Shown here piece after piece: positions 17,154 to 26,375 of a DNA stretch of 62,875 nucleotides. How positions within the stretch are numbered: position 1 is the first letter of the stretch; each line of letters starts with the position of its first letter. Made by a program: the position numbers and the translations under genes. This stretch comes from Patescibacteria group bacterium (lineage in GTDB: Bacteria > Patescibacteriota > Minisyncoccia > Minisyncoccales > PEYH01): assembly GCA_018900835.1 (NCBI GenBank), contig JAHIFQ010000014.1, forward strand, positions 1-62,875, in the 5' to 3' direction. The notes under the pieces are model-generated. The model made no database searches, was not told the origin of the DNA, and saw only the letters and a list, made by a program, of their open reading frames with translations.

Positions 17154-19259
17154 TCATTTTTCAATCTTTTTAGAGGTTTTTTCGCACTCTTTATTTGAGC
17201 ATTTTGTTTGCTTTCTTTTTGTTATTATCATCAACGCCCCGCATTTTTCGCATTTTTTTCCAGTAGGTTTGTCCCATAAAGCAAAATCGCATTTCGGGAA
17301 TTTATTGCATCCGTAAAATATTTTTCCTTTCTTGGTTCGTTTTTCAGTAACTTCTCCTATCTTACATTTAGGACATTGGATTCCTAATTTATTATCTTTT
17401 AATGATTCTGTGTATCGGCATTTCGGGAAATTAGTGCACGCGTAAAACTTGCCGAACCTCCCTAACTTTATAATCAATTCTGCTCCGCATTCTGGGCAGA
17501 TTTTATCAGTTTTTTCTTCTGCAATTTCCTGCTTGGAAAGTTCTTTTTCCTTTTGAGCAAGGGTTTCTGCAAATGGCTTATAAAAATCACCCACTACATT
17601 TTGCCAAATTTCCTTTCCTTCAGCGATTTCATCTAAGTTTGCCTCCATTTTGGCAGTAAAATCAATGTCAACGATTTTTGGAAAATGCTCTACCAATAAA
17701 TCATTTACCACTAAGCCGATTTCTGATGGCTGGAATCTTTTCTGGTCGTTCTTGAAGACATAATTTCGCCTTTGAATCGTTGAAATAATCGGAGCATAAG
17801 TGGATGGCCTGCCGATTCCGTATTGCTCTAATGCTTTAATCAAAGACGGCTCATTATAGCGGGCAGGAGGTTGGGTAAAATGTTGTGAAGGCGTTAATTT
17901 TATTAAATCTAAAATTTCTTTTTCTTTAATTTCTGGAATCTCGTTTTCTCCAAATTGCAATGGATAAACTTTTAAAAATCCTTCAAATTTTAATATTTGT
18001 CCTCTTGCCTGAAAAATATATTTGCGGGATTCTGGATTTTTTGCTTCAATCTTTACATCTGTAGAATCAAGAATCGCTTCGCTCATTTGGCTTGCCACAA
18101 ATCTTGACCAGATTAATTCGTAAAGTTTTGCTTGAGCTCCTTCTAAATTAAGTTTTTTGGGGTCATTTTGAGGATTGGAGGGTCTAATTGCTTCGTGCGC
18201 TTCTTGCGCTCCCTTACTTTTTGTTTTATATCTCCGCGAAAAACCAGGCCAATATTTTTCTCCGAAATTTTCAATAATATATTTTTTTGCTGCGAAAGTG
18301 GATTCAGTGGAAAGATTCAAAGAATCTGTTCTATGATATGTGATAAGGCCTCTTTCGTAAAGGTTTTGCGCCAAAGACATTGTTTTATATGAACTTAACC
18401 GCAATCGCTGTCCAGCAGTTTGTTGTAATGTGCTAGTTGTGAAAGGTGGAAAGGGATTTCTCTTTATTGATTTTTTGTCAATGCTTTTTATTTCAAAAAC
18501 CGCATTTTTTAAATCATCAACTATTTCTTCCGCTTCTTTTTGCGCCTTAATGCCCAATTTTGGAATTTTTTTACCACCTTTTTCTATCAAAGAGGCTAAA
18601 ATCTGATTTTTTTCTGCGTTTGGATTTTGAGTTTTGGATTTGTTTTGAGTTTTGGATTTTGAAATTTGGATTTTGCCAAGCAGGGCTTCAATGCTCCAAT
18701 ATTCTTCTGCTTTGAATTTTTCAATTTCCCTTTCTCGTTCCGCAATGAGCCGTACTGCTGCTGATTGGACCCTGCCAGCTGAAAGACCGCGAGCGACCTT
18801 TTTCCATAAAAAGGGAGATAGCTTGTATCCCACGATTCTGTCCAACACTCTTCGCGCTGTCTGGGAATCTACTAAGCTTGTGTAAAGTTGGCGCGGATTT
18901 TTTAACGCCTCTTTAATTGCTTTTTCAGTTATTTCATGGAAAACAATTCTCTGATAATCTTTTAATTTCAAAATTTCTTTAAGATGGTAAGCGATTGCTT
19001 CTCCTTCTCGGTCCTCATCAGTGGCCAAGATGACTTGAGAAGAATTGCTAACCAATTTTTTCAAAGAATTAACTGTTTTTCTTGATTTTGTGGGAATAAC
19101 ATATTGGGGAGCAAAATTATTTTCAATATCTATGCCTAATTTTGATTTAGGCAAATCCCTGATATGACCAAAACTGGCAGCGAGCTCGTACTCTTTGCCT
19201 AAAAAGTTGCCGAGAGTTTTTCCCTTAGTGGGGCTTTCCACAATAATTAATTTTGCCAT
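17154..19259 (-). CDS. topA: DNA topoisomerase I
   Basis: TOPRIM IIVESPTKGKT and ATDEDREGE. Active-site ITYHRTDS. C-terminal Zn-ribbons (CPECG, CPKC). Confidence 0.97.
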   Translation of the reverse strand: MAKLIIVESPTKGKTLGNFLGKEYELAASFGHIRDLPKSKLGIDIENNFAPQYVIPTKSRKTVNSLKKLVSNSSQVILATDEDREGEAIAYHLKEILKLKDYQRIVFHEITEKAIKEALKNPRQLYTSLVDSQTARRVLDRIVGYKLSPFLWKKVARGLSAGRVQSAAVRLIAEREREIEKFKAEEYWSIEALLGKIQISKSKTQNKSKTQNPNAEKNQILASLIEKGGKKIPKLGIKAQKEAEEIVDDLKNAVFEIKSIDKKSIKRNPFPPFTTSTLQQTAGQRLRLSSYKTMSLAQNLYERGLITYHRTDSLNLSTESTFAAKKYIIENFGEKYWPGFSRRYKTKSKGAQEAHEAIRPSNPQNDPKKLNLEGAQAKLYELIWSRFVASQMSEAILDSTDVKIEAKNPESRKYIFQARGQILKFEGFLKVYPLQFGENEIPEIKEKEILDLIKLTPSQHFTQPPARYNEPSLIKALEQYGIGRPSTYAPIISTIQRRNYVFKNDQKRFQPSEIGLVVNDLLVEHFPKIVDIDFTAKMEANLDEIAEGKEIWQNVVGDFYKPFAETLAQKEKELSKQEIAEEKTDKICPECGAELIIKLGRFGKFYACTNFPKCRYTESLKDNKLGIQCPKCKIGEVTEKRTKKGKIFYGCNKFPKCDFALWDKPTGKKCEKCGALMIITKRKQTKCSNKECEKTSKKIEK
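18619..18675 (-). repeat. Heptanucleotide (aaaaNNN)n tract in frame inside topA
   Basis: Coding strand aaaatccaaatttcaaaatccaaaactcaaaacaaatccaaaactcaaaatccaaa encodes ISKSKTQNKSKTQNPN. Confidence 0.85.
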
Positions 19260-20125
19260 TTGTTTTTTATAATAAATGTATTGTTTCCAAGATTTCTTAT
19301 TATTCCTGTCATTTCTAGATTGATTAGAAGCGAATTTATTTTTGTTGAAGACAATTTAGTCAATTCAATTATCTTATTGATATGCAGGGCCTGATTTTTT
19401 AAGATATCTAATATCAATTTTTCTTCTGGCGAGATATTTGTAATCCTCTGCCTTATTATTTTTGGACTTATTCCGAACTCTTTGAAAATATCTTCTGCTT
19501 TTTCAATTAATTTCGCCCCATTTTTGATAATGCGATTACATCCTTTAGAGTTTGGTGCATAAATAGAGCCGGGCAAAGCAAAAACTATTTTTTTCTGTTG
19601 GAATGCGTGTCGGACAGTAATCAATGCCCCTGATTTTTCTTTTGCTTCAATAACCAATACAGCTTGGCTGATTCCTGAAATTATCCTGTTTCTCTCAGGG
19701 AAATTGCTTTTATGTCCCGGCGTGTTCGGCGGATATTCGGAAATAATTGCTCCGTTGTTTTCAATAATTTTTTTAGATAAACCGAGATTTTCTTGAGGGT
19801 AAATGCTTTTGTCGTCAATTCCAGTCCCCAATACTGCGATTGTTTTGGAATTATAGTCCAATGCTGTCTGGTGGGCAATAGTGTCAATGCCTTTTGCCAT
19901 CCCGCTTATAATTGCGAATCCAGCTTGGGCTAATTTAGAAACAATTTCTATTGTTGCTTGTTTGCCATAATCAGAACATCGCCTTGTTCCAACTACTGCG
20001 ATTATATGGGCGCTGTTAAAATCCAGATTTCCTTTATAATACAAGACCCTTGGCGGGTCAATTATTTCTTTCAGTGATTGTGGATAAAGAGGATTGTTTA
20101 TGTCTATTGTATTGATGTCTTCCAT
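19247..20125 (-). CDS. dprA: DNA processing protein DprA/Smf
   Basis: 292 aa. VVGTRRCSDYGK Rossmann-like core. Classic dprA-topA synteny. Confidence 0.9.
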   Translation of the reverse strand: MEDINTIDINNPLYPQSLKEIIDPPRVLYYKGNLDFNSAHIIAVVGTRRCSDYGKQATIEIVSKLAQAGFAIISGMAKGIDTIAHQTALDYNSKTIAVLGTGIDDKSIYPQENLGLSKKIIENNGAIISEYPPNTPGHKSNFPERNRIISGISQAVLVIEAKEKSGALITVRHAFQQKKIVFALPGSIYAPNSKGCNRIIKNGAKLIEKAEDIFKEFGISPKIIRQRITNISPEEKLILDILKNQALHINKIIELTKLSSTKINSLLINLEMTGIIRNLGNNTFIIKNKWQN

Positions 20126-20142
20126 TGAAAGAGGGTGTAATT

Positions 20143-20673
20143 TTACAGGGCGGAGAATAAAGACAAAATTGATTCTTGTTTTATGTCTTTCAATTGTCCC
20201 AATTCTTGCTTTGTGAATTTTTGCAAAACAAATTTTTTTGTATCTATTTTGCCCTTTTTTTTATTCAAAATTCCTATTTTAAATTGTTTGAAATCTTTGG
20301 TTCCCAAACAAGAAATTATTGACTCAATTCCTTTGTGTCCGCCAGAGCCAGAGTCATTTTTGATTCTTATTTTCCCGAATTCCAAATCAATGTCATCATG
20401 CACAACCCAAAGTTCGCTGATTGGTATTTTGTAAAAAGCGGTTAGCAGTTTTAATGACTCGCCGGAATTATTCATAAATGTCTGGGGTTTTGCCAAAATC
20501 AATTTTTTGTCTCCATGTTCCCCGACACAAATTTTTGCTTTTAACCGCTTTTTATTTTCCCAAACAGAAAAATCACCATTTTTTCTTATTTGGTCCAGGA
20601 TTTCAAATCCAATATTATGACGGGTGTTTTTAAATTTTAGGCCCGGGTTTCCAAGCCCGATTATTAAAATCAT
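20143..20673 (-). CDS. pth: Peptidyl-tRNA hydrolase
   Basis: LIIGLGNPGLKFKNTRHNIGF and other Pth signatures. 176 aa. Confidence 0.93.
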   Translation of the reverse strand: MILIIGLGNPGLKFKNTRHNIGFEILDQIRKNGDFSVWENKKRLKAKICVGEHGDKKLILAKPQTFMNNSGESLKLLTAFYKIPISELWVVHDDIDLEFGKIRIKNDSGSGGHKGIESIISCLGTKDFKQFKIGILNKKKGKIDTKKFVLQKFTKQELGQLKDIKQESILSLFSAL

Positions 20674-20739
20674 TCTTTCATTATATACTCATTTCAAAAA
20701 AACAAGCAATTTAATTGTTAGGGTCCGCCCCCAACATTG

Positions 20740-20768
20740 TTGACCTTTGGCTAGTTTAGGCGTATAGT
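20740..20768 (+). promoter_or_regulatory. Strong sigma70-type promoter
   Basis: TTGACC-N17-TATAGT in the pth/lepB divergent gap. Confidence 0.5.
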
Positions 20769-20775
20769 AAAAATA

Positions 20776-21145
20776 CTATTCAGAAATCTCCTGTAGGAGG
20801 CAGGAGTACACAGCTCATTCAAGCACAACGAGAAATCCGCTTAAAGGTGAAGGGGGTATTGCATGGCACAGAAGGATTCGGAAGAATTAGTTTCAACAAG
20901 TGGCGATAACAGCGATATTGCGCCAGAGGAATTGGCATGGATACATGAATCACAAAGAATGGATACTCTTCGCGCATGCGTGTTGCGTGGCGAGATGCAT
21001 ATTTGTGAGGGGCCCCACCTTCGCATATCAAGTAGTCAAACCTCGGTAATCAAGCATAGGGTTAAGGAGTTTTTCTAACCATCGCAACCTTATGCTTCTT
21101 GATGCGGGGACTGCCATCCAGCCAGCCCCCGCTCTTCTTTTGTTG
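20776..21145 (+). ncRNA. Unclassified promoter-to-terminator unit of about 370 nt: candidate structured RNA, or mRNA for a 71-aa Cys/His peptide
   Basis: GC-elevated: 85 G+C of 180 nt by hand count over 20863-21042. Stop-poor on both strands. Many local helices, for example ATCAAGCATAGGGTT...AACCTTATGCTTCTTGAT. Ends in an intrinsic terminator. Confidence 0.4.
21104..21145 (+). terminator. Intrinsic terminator
   Basis: GCGGGG-N17-CCCCGC with inner CTG/CAG pairing, followed by TCTTCTTTTGTTG. Confidence 0.6.
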
Positions 21146-21203
21146 TCAAAACATTGCTTTTGGTCTACAATTATTAAATCATCACTAAATTGTAATTCGG
21201 ATT

Positions 21204-21737
21204 ATGAAAAAAATCATCTTTTTTATTTGGGAGATAGTCAAGATAAGCATTGTGGCCTTGATAATAGTTGTGCCTATCAGGGCATTTGTTTTTCAACCGT
21301 TTTTTGTAAGCGGCGCCAGCATGGAGCCAAATTTTCATGATTATGATTATCTTATAGTTGATGAAATTTCTTATCGTTTGGGCAGTCCTGGTCGGGGCGA
21401 TGTGATAGTTTTCTATAATCCGAATGACACGAGCAAGCGACTAATAAAAAGAGTAATTGGTTTATCAGGAGAGACGATAAAAATTGTTGACAACCAGATT
21501 TTTATAAAAAATGATGATGAAGAGTTTTATATCTTGGACGAATCAGAATATTTGTCTACTGATAGCAAAACCGCGGGCCATATTGAGACAATGCTTGGAG
21601 ATAATCAGTATTTTGTTTTAGGAGATAATCGCAATGTTTCTTTGGACTCAAGGTCATTTGGTCCAGTTAACAGGGACTTAATTATCGGAAGAAGCGCTTT
21701 TCGGTTATGGCCATTAAGTGTTTTTATGGACAAATAA
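21204..21737 (+). CDS. lepB: Signal peptidase I
   Basis: SGASMEPN, RGDVIVF, KRVIGLSGE, GDNRNVSLDSR boxes. Confidence 0.9.
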   Translation: MKKIIFFIWEIVKISIVALIIVVPIRAFVFQPFFVSGASMEPNFHDYDYLIVDEISYRLGSPGRGDVIVFYNPNDTSKRLIKRVIGLSGETIKIVDNQIFIKNDDEEFYILDESEYLSTDSKTAGHIETMLGDNQYFVLGDNRNVSLDSRSFGPVNRDLIIGRSAFRLWPLSVFMDK

Positions 21738-21741
21738 TAAC

Positions 21742-23034
21742 ATGACAGGCAAACAAGTGAGTAATAAAATTCAGGCGCCTCAAGGGATGTTTGATATCAC
21801 CCCAGAGAATCAGCCGTTTTACAAGAAGGTCTACGGAGTTGGAGAAAAAATTTCTTCATTTTATGGGTTTAAAGAAATTACTCCACCGATTTTAGAATCA
21901 ACCGAGCTGTTTGAAAGAGGGACAGGAGAAGCCACAGAAATAGTGGAGAAACAGATGTATTCGCTCAAGACCAAGGGCGGAGATTCTTTAACTCTAAGGC
22001 CAGAGTTTACTCCATCTATGGCAAGAGCATATGTTGAACATGGGATGATAAGCTTGCCACAGCCAGTCAAAATGTTTTCTTTTGGTCCGGTCTTTAGACA
22101 CGAAAAACCGCAAGCAGGCAGGTATCGCCAGTTTCACCAATTCAACATAGAGGCCTTCGGTTCCAAACGCCCGATAATGGATGTGGAGATTATCTATGTC
22201 TTTTATAACATCCTTCAAGCCCTTGGGATTAAAAAATTAATTATTGAGCTGAACAGCATTGGAGACAAGGAATGTATAGGCGAATACAAGAAACTTTTAG
22301 TAAGATATTTAAAGAAAAACGAACATTCTTTATGCGCAGATTGCAAAAGGCGGCTCAAGATGAACCCTTTAAGGATAATGGATTGCAAACAGGAAAGGTG
22401 TAAACATATAGTTCTCGGCGCTCCTCAAATTATTGACCATCTTTGTAAAGAATGCCATAATCATTTCAAAAAGGTTTTGGAATTTTTAGATGAGTTGGGT
22501 TTGCCATACAGCTTAAACCCTTGTTTAGTGAGGGGATTGGATTATTACACGAGAACCGTGTTTGAAATTATCGCGGAGGATGAACTTGGCAGACAACTTG
22601 GAAGTTTAGTCGGCGGTGGCAGATACGATAATCTTGTCAAGCTTTTTTCAAGAAAAAATATTCCTGCTTGCGGAGCTGCTGCTGGGGTTGAGAGGATTAT
22701 TACTATAATGAAGGAGCGTAATTTAGGTCCAGCTGAAATTCCGGGACCGCAAGTATTTTTAGCCCAGCTTGGAGATATTGCCAAAATTAGGTCGTTGAAA
22801 CTTATGGAGGACCTTCGGAAAGCAGGCATATCAGTAGCAGAGTTATTTGACAGAGAATCTTTGTCTGCCCAGCTTAGGGGCGCTGATAAATCAAAAGCAT
22901 TATATTCTTTGATTATCGGCGAAGAAGAAGCGAGCAGAGATATGATTATCATTAGGGATATGGCTGATGGCAGACAGACATCGGTTAAAATAGATAAGGT
23001 CGTCGGGGAATTGAAGAAAAAATTAAAACAGTAA
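21742..23034 (+). CDS. hisS: Histidyl-tRNA synthetase
   Basis: Start set at the ATG after the lepB stop. FRHEKPQAGRYRQFHQ class II motif and GGGRYD. Confidence 0.95.
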   Translation: MTGKQVSNKIQAPQGMFDITPENQPFYKKVYGVGEKISSFYGFKEITPPILESTELFERGTGEATEIVEKQMYSLKTKGGDSLTLRPEFTPSMARAYVEHGMISLPQPVKMFSFGPVFRHEKPQAGRYRQFHQFNIEAFGSKRPIMDVEIIYVFYNILQALGIKKLIIELNSIGDKECIGEYKKLLVRYLKKNEHSLCADCKRRLKMNPLRIMDCKQERCKHIVLGAPQIIDHLCKECHNHFKKVLEFLDELGLPYSLNPCLVRGLDYYTRTVFEIIAEDELGRQLGSLVGGGRYDNLVKLFSRKNIPACGAAAGVERIITIMKERNLGPAEIPGPQVFLAQLGDIAKIRSLKLMEDLRKAGISVAELFDRESLSAQLRGADKSKALYSLIIGEEEASRDMIIIRDMADGRQTSVKIDKVVGELKKKLKQ

Positions 23035-23046
23035 TAAATTAATTAT

Positions 23047-23265
23047 ATGTCAGGGCTTTTTGTTGAAAAAGAAGAAAGAGAAAACAGCCGGCAATTGGTG
23101 AGTCGGTTTATAAGGGGTCTCCGCAGGAGCGGTTTGGTTTATAGGGCGAAAGCATCTAGATACATCATCCGCCCAATGAGCCAAGGGCTGAAGAAAAAGG
23201 TTGCTCTAAGGAAAATAGCGACAAAAGAGCGATACCAAAAAATGGAAAAAATGGGCAAGCTTTAA
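23047..23265 (+). CDS. rpsU: 30S ribosomal protein S21
   Basis: 72 aa and basic. ...LVSRFIRGLRRSGLVYRAKASRYIIRPMS... follows the bS21 pattern. Confidence 0.7.
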   Translation: MSGLFVEKEERENSRQLVSRFIRGLRRSGLVYRAKASRYIIRPMSQGLKKKVALRKIATKERYQKMEKMGKL

Positions 23266-23270
23266 ATTTT

Positions 23271-23762
23271 ATGGATTTAAGAGAAAAAGTTCAAAAAGAC
23301 CTACAGGAATCTCTCAAGAACAATCAAGAGAGAAAGCTTTCTGTTTTACGCCTTCTTTTAGATGGTATAATCAAAAAAGAGAAAGAAAAAAGGGTAATAA
23401 TAAAAGATGCCAAGGACGAAGCAGAAATCATTGAAAAAAGTCGGCTCACAGACCAAGAGATTCTTCAGATAATTTCCTTTTTTATTAAAAAATCCAAAGA
23501 AGCAGTAGGGCAATTTGAAACAGGCAAGAGACAAGATTTGGCTGATAAAGAAAAAGAAGAGATAGAAATCTTGAATCAATATTTGCCAGAGCAGATGCCA
23601 GAAGAGGAAATTAGAAAATTGGTAGAAGAAGCGATAAAAGAAACTAAAGCAGAGTCAATAAAGGATATGGGCAAAATAATGAGCATTTTGATGCTAAAAA
23701 TTCAAGGCAAGGCAGACGGGGGAATTGTGAGCGCAATTGTAAAAGAGTTATTGGCTAAATAG
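23271..23762 (+). CDS. GatB/YqeY domain protein
   Basis: 163 aa with C-terminal KDMGKIMSILMLKIQGKADGGIVSAIVKELL. Confidence 0.8.
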   Translation: MDLREKVQKDLQESLKNNQERKLSVLRLLLDGIIKKEKEKRVIIKDAKDEAEIIEKSRLTDQEILQIISFFIKKSKEAVGQFETGKRQDLADKEKEEIEILNQYLPEQMPEEEIRKLVEEAIKETKAESIKDMGKIMSILMLKIQGKADGGIVSAIVKELLAK

Positions 23763-23771
23763 TCCTATTAT

Positions 23772-24185
23772 ATGATTGAAATCAATAACCTTACCAAATT
23801 TTCCATAAACAAAAGGTTATTAATGGAAATAGGAGAAAAGATTTTAAAAACAGAGAGACCAGGCGAAGAATTGGATCTGTCCGTGGTTTTCGCAAATAAG
23901 GCAAAAATTACAGAATTGAACTTCATTTATCGAGGCAAAAATGAGCCCACTGATGTATTGTCTTTTGCGAGCGATGGCTATTCAGAGGAGTTGGCTGGTT
24001 TGCCAAAGGGCTTGGGAGAAATAATGATTTGTCCGTCGGAAATTGATTTTGATAAAAAAGATGCTTTATCGCATATTTTTATTCATGGTCTTTTGCATCT
24101 TTTGGGTAATCACCACGAGAATCTAAAAGAGGCAAAAAAGATGCAGGCCAAAGAGCAAGAATATTTAAACTTTTTTAAGAAATAG
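23772..24185 (+). CDS. ybeY: rRNA maturation endoribonuclease YbeY
   Basis: HGLLHLLGNHH metal-binding motif. 137 aa. Confidence 0.88.
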   Translation: MIEINNLTKFSINKRLLMEIGEKILKTERPGEELDLSVVFANKAKITELNFIYRGKNEPTDVLSFASDGYSEELAGLPKGLGEIMICPSEIDFDKKDALSHIFIHGLLHLLGNHHENLKEAKKMQAKEQEYLNFFKK

Positions 24186-24189
24186 AAAT

Positions 24190-25404
24190 ATGGCTCGGAC
24201 CCACAATATAGTAAGCGCACTTGATATAGGTTCTGGGTATGTAAAAGGAATGGTTGCCCAGAGAAAAAGAGATGGAGAAGATATTGCAGTTCTTTCGGTT
24301 GCGAGCGTGCTGTCTGATGGAATGAAGAGAGGGGTGGTAATAGACGCGGATGTTGTCTCTGATAAAATCAATCATGTTTTAACAAAACTCAATAACGAGA
24401 TTAGTCCCCATCGCATAAGGGAGGTTTTTATTAATATCGGAGGTGCCCATATTATATCCGAACAAGGGCACGGCGCAGTGGCGATTTCCAGAGCAGACCA
24501 AAGGGTTTCTCCGGATGATGTAGATAGGGTGAAAGAAGAAGCAAAAACAGATATTCTTTCTCGGCTCACCTCTAATCAGGAAATTTTGGACATCTTCCCC
24601 AAGGAATTCATCGTTGACAGCGAGGTCGGGTCTGAAGATGTTGTCGGCATGAAAGGAATAAAGCTAGAGGTAAATGCTTTAGCAATTTGCGCATTTTCTC
24701 CTTACTTAAATAAGGTTGTTGAAACAGTAATGGCAGCAGGAGTTGAGAAAATAGCTGAAGTCATCCCATCTCCTTTGGCATCTGCCAAGGCGCTTTTGAC
24801 TCCCCAGCAAAAAGAATTGGGAGCAGTGCTTGTAGACATCGGAGCTGAAACAACCGGAATTGCGGTTTTTGAGGATAGAAACTTGATTCATTTAGCCATT
24901 TTGCCAGTTGGGTCTGCTCACATCACAAGAGATATAGCTATTGCCTTACAGGCAGACATTAATATCGCAGAAGAGATTAAAAGTAAATTTGGGTCATATA
25001 TTTTCCAGAATAAGACGAAAAAGGAAAAAATTAGTATAAATAAAGATGAGGATTTTGTTTTTGATACCAAGAAAATGGTTAAGGCAGGCCGGGCCAGATT
25101 AACAGAAATTTTTAATTTGGTAGATAAGGAGTTGAAGAAGATAGGAAAACAAGAAGCGCTCCCAGCTGGTGTGATTTTGGCTGGGGGTGGTTCTAAGTTG
25201 CCCGGAATAATTAATTTCGTAAAAGGCGAATTAAAATTGCCTATCCGAAAAGGCGCTATCAAGAATTTTCTTGGATTGGAGGACGATTTGGGTTATAGCG
25301 TTTTATGCGGGTTGGTACTGAATGGGTTAAAAGAAGAGGGCGGGCGCACACCTAACGAATTATTATTTAAAGCTAAAAAGTTTTTTAAGATTTTTATTCC
25401 TTAA
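24190..25404 (+). CDS. ftsA: Cell division protein FtsA
   Basis: Actin-like fold motifs ALDIGSGYVKG and LAGGGSKLPGI. C-terminal amphipathic FKAKKFFKIFIP. Confidence 0.9.
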   Translation: MARTHNIVSALDIGSGYVKGMVAQRKRDGEDIAVLSVASVLSDGMKRGVVIDADVVSDKINHVLTKLNNEISPHRIREVFINIGGAHIISEQGHGAVAISRADQRVSPDDVDRVKEEAKTDILSRLTSNQEILDIFPKEFIVDSEVGSEDVVGMKGIKLEVNALAICAFSPYLNKVVETVMAAGVEKIAEVIPSPLASAKALLTPQQKELGAVLVDIGAETTGIAVFEDRNLIHLAILPVGSAHITRDIAIALQADINIAEEIKSKFGSYIFQNKTKKEKISINKDEDFVFDTKKMVKAGRARLTEIFNLVDKELKKIGKQEALPAGVILAGGGSKLPGIINFVKGELKLPIRKGAIKNFLGLEDDLGYSVLCGLVLNGLKEEGGRTPNELLFKAKKFFKIFIP

Positions 25405-25414
25405 TTTTCGAACA

Positions 25415-26344
25415 ATGAAAACAGGAGCAAGAATAAAAGTAGTGGGAGTAGGCGGCTCTGGATGTAATGCCATTTCCAGGATGGCAAAATGTAAAGTTCA
25501 GGGCGTAGAACTAATCGCACTTAATTGTGATGCGCAGGATATTAAGAAAACAAATGCGCATAAAAAGATTCAAATAGGAAAAAATTTGACCCGAGGACTT
25601 GGGGCTGGCATGAATCCAAGGATAGGCAAAGAGGCAGCCGAGGAAAGTCGGCAAATAATAGAGACAGCGCTGGAAGGAGGCGATATTATTTTTATTGTCT
25701 GCGGTATGGGTGGTGGCACTGGAACAGGAGCAGCTCCGATAGTAGCTGAAATTGCTCAAAAAACAGGAGCTCTTACAATCGGGGCAATTACATTGCCATT
25801 TTCTTTTGAAGGAGCACAGAGGAGGACAATTGCTAAAATTGGACAGAGAAAAATAAAGAATATGGTGGATACTCTTTTTGTTATCCCCAATGATAAGCTC
25901 CTCGCCCGGATAGACGAGAAAACCACATTTCTTTCAGCTTTCTGGATTTGCGACGAGGTTTTGAGACAGGCAGTGCAGGGCATATCTGACCTCATAGTCA
26001 GGCCAGGAATTATTAATGTTGATTTTGCGGACGTTAAAGCAGTAATGAGTAATTCGGGCAATGCCCTTTTTGGTGTAGGAACAGGAGAGGGAGATGATAA
26101 GATTGTGAAGGCAGCCGAGATGGCGATTCATTCTTCTTTTTTGGACTTCGGTATTCAAGGCGCGAACCGGGTTTTGTTCAATATTACTGGTGGAAAGAAT
26201 TTGTCTTTGGCAGAGGTTCAACAGGCAGCCAAGATTATAACCAAGAATTCTTCTGCCACTCGTGTTATTTTTGGGGCGATAGAAGATAGGAAACTCAAAC
26301 CCAATGAAGTTAAAATCACTTTGATAGCAGCAGGAATTGGATAG
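25415..26344 (+). CDS. ftsZ: Cell division GTPase FtsZ, core only (no C-terminal linker or tail)
   Basis: GGGTGTGAAP tubulin signature. Ends at ...LIAAGIG, followed by a stop. Confidence 0.93.
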   Translation: MKTGARIKVVGVGGSGCNAISRMAKCKVQGVELIALNCDAQDIKKTNAHKKIQIGKNLTRGLGAGMNPRIGKEAAEESRQIIETALEGGDIIFIVCGMGGGTGTGAAPIVAEIAQKTGALTIGAITLPFSFEGAQRRTIAKIGQRKIKNMVDTLFVIPNDKLLARIDEKTTFLSAFWICDEVLRQAVQGISDLIVRPGIINVDFADVKAVMSNSGNALFGVGTGEGDDKIVKAAEMAIHSSFLDFGIQGANRVLFNITGGKNLSLAEVQQAAKIITKNSSATRVIFGAIEDRKLKPNEVKITLIAAGIG

Positions 26345-26375
26345 TGATTGATATCAAAATTTTATTTACAGCCCT

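Noticed and set aside
16952-17164. 70-aa minus-strand ORF
   Set aside because: It is entirely explained by tRNA-Leu and the hicA/topA flanks.
20776-21145. RNase P RNA, tmRNA or SRP RNA as the identity of the GC-rich unit
   Set aside because: Neither strand shows the universal GAGGAAAGUCC / ACAGAA-N-CCGGC RNase P motifs. There is no 5' GGGG plus GGUUCGA T-loop plus acceptor complement for tmRNA. The single GGAA tetraloop lacks the AGCA/GGA helix-8 context of SRP RNA.
21092-21340. 82-aa ORF overlapping the lepB start
   Set aside because: It runs through the terminator of the upstream unit and out of frame into lepB, and it has no RBS.
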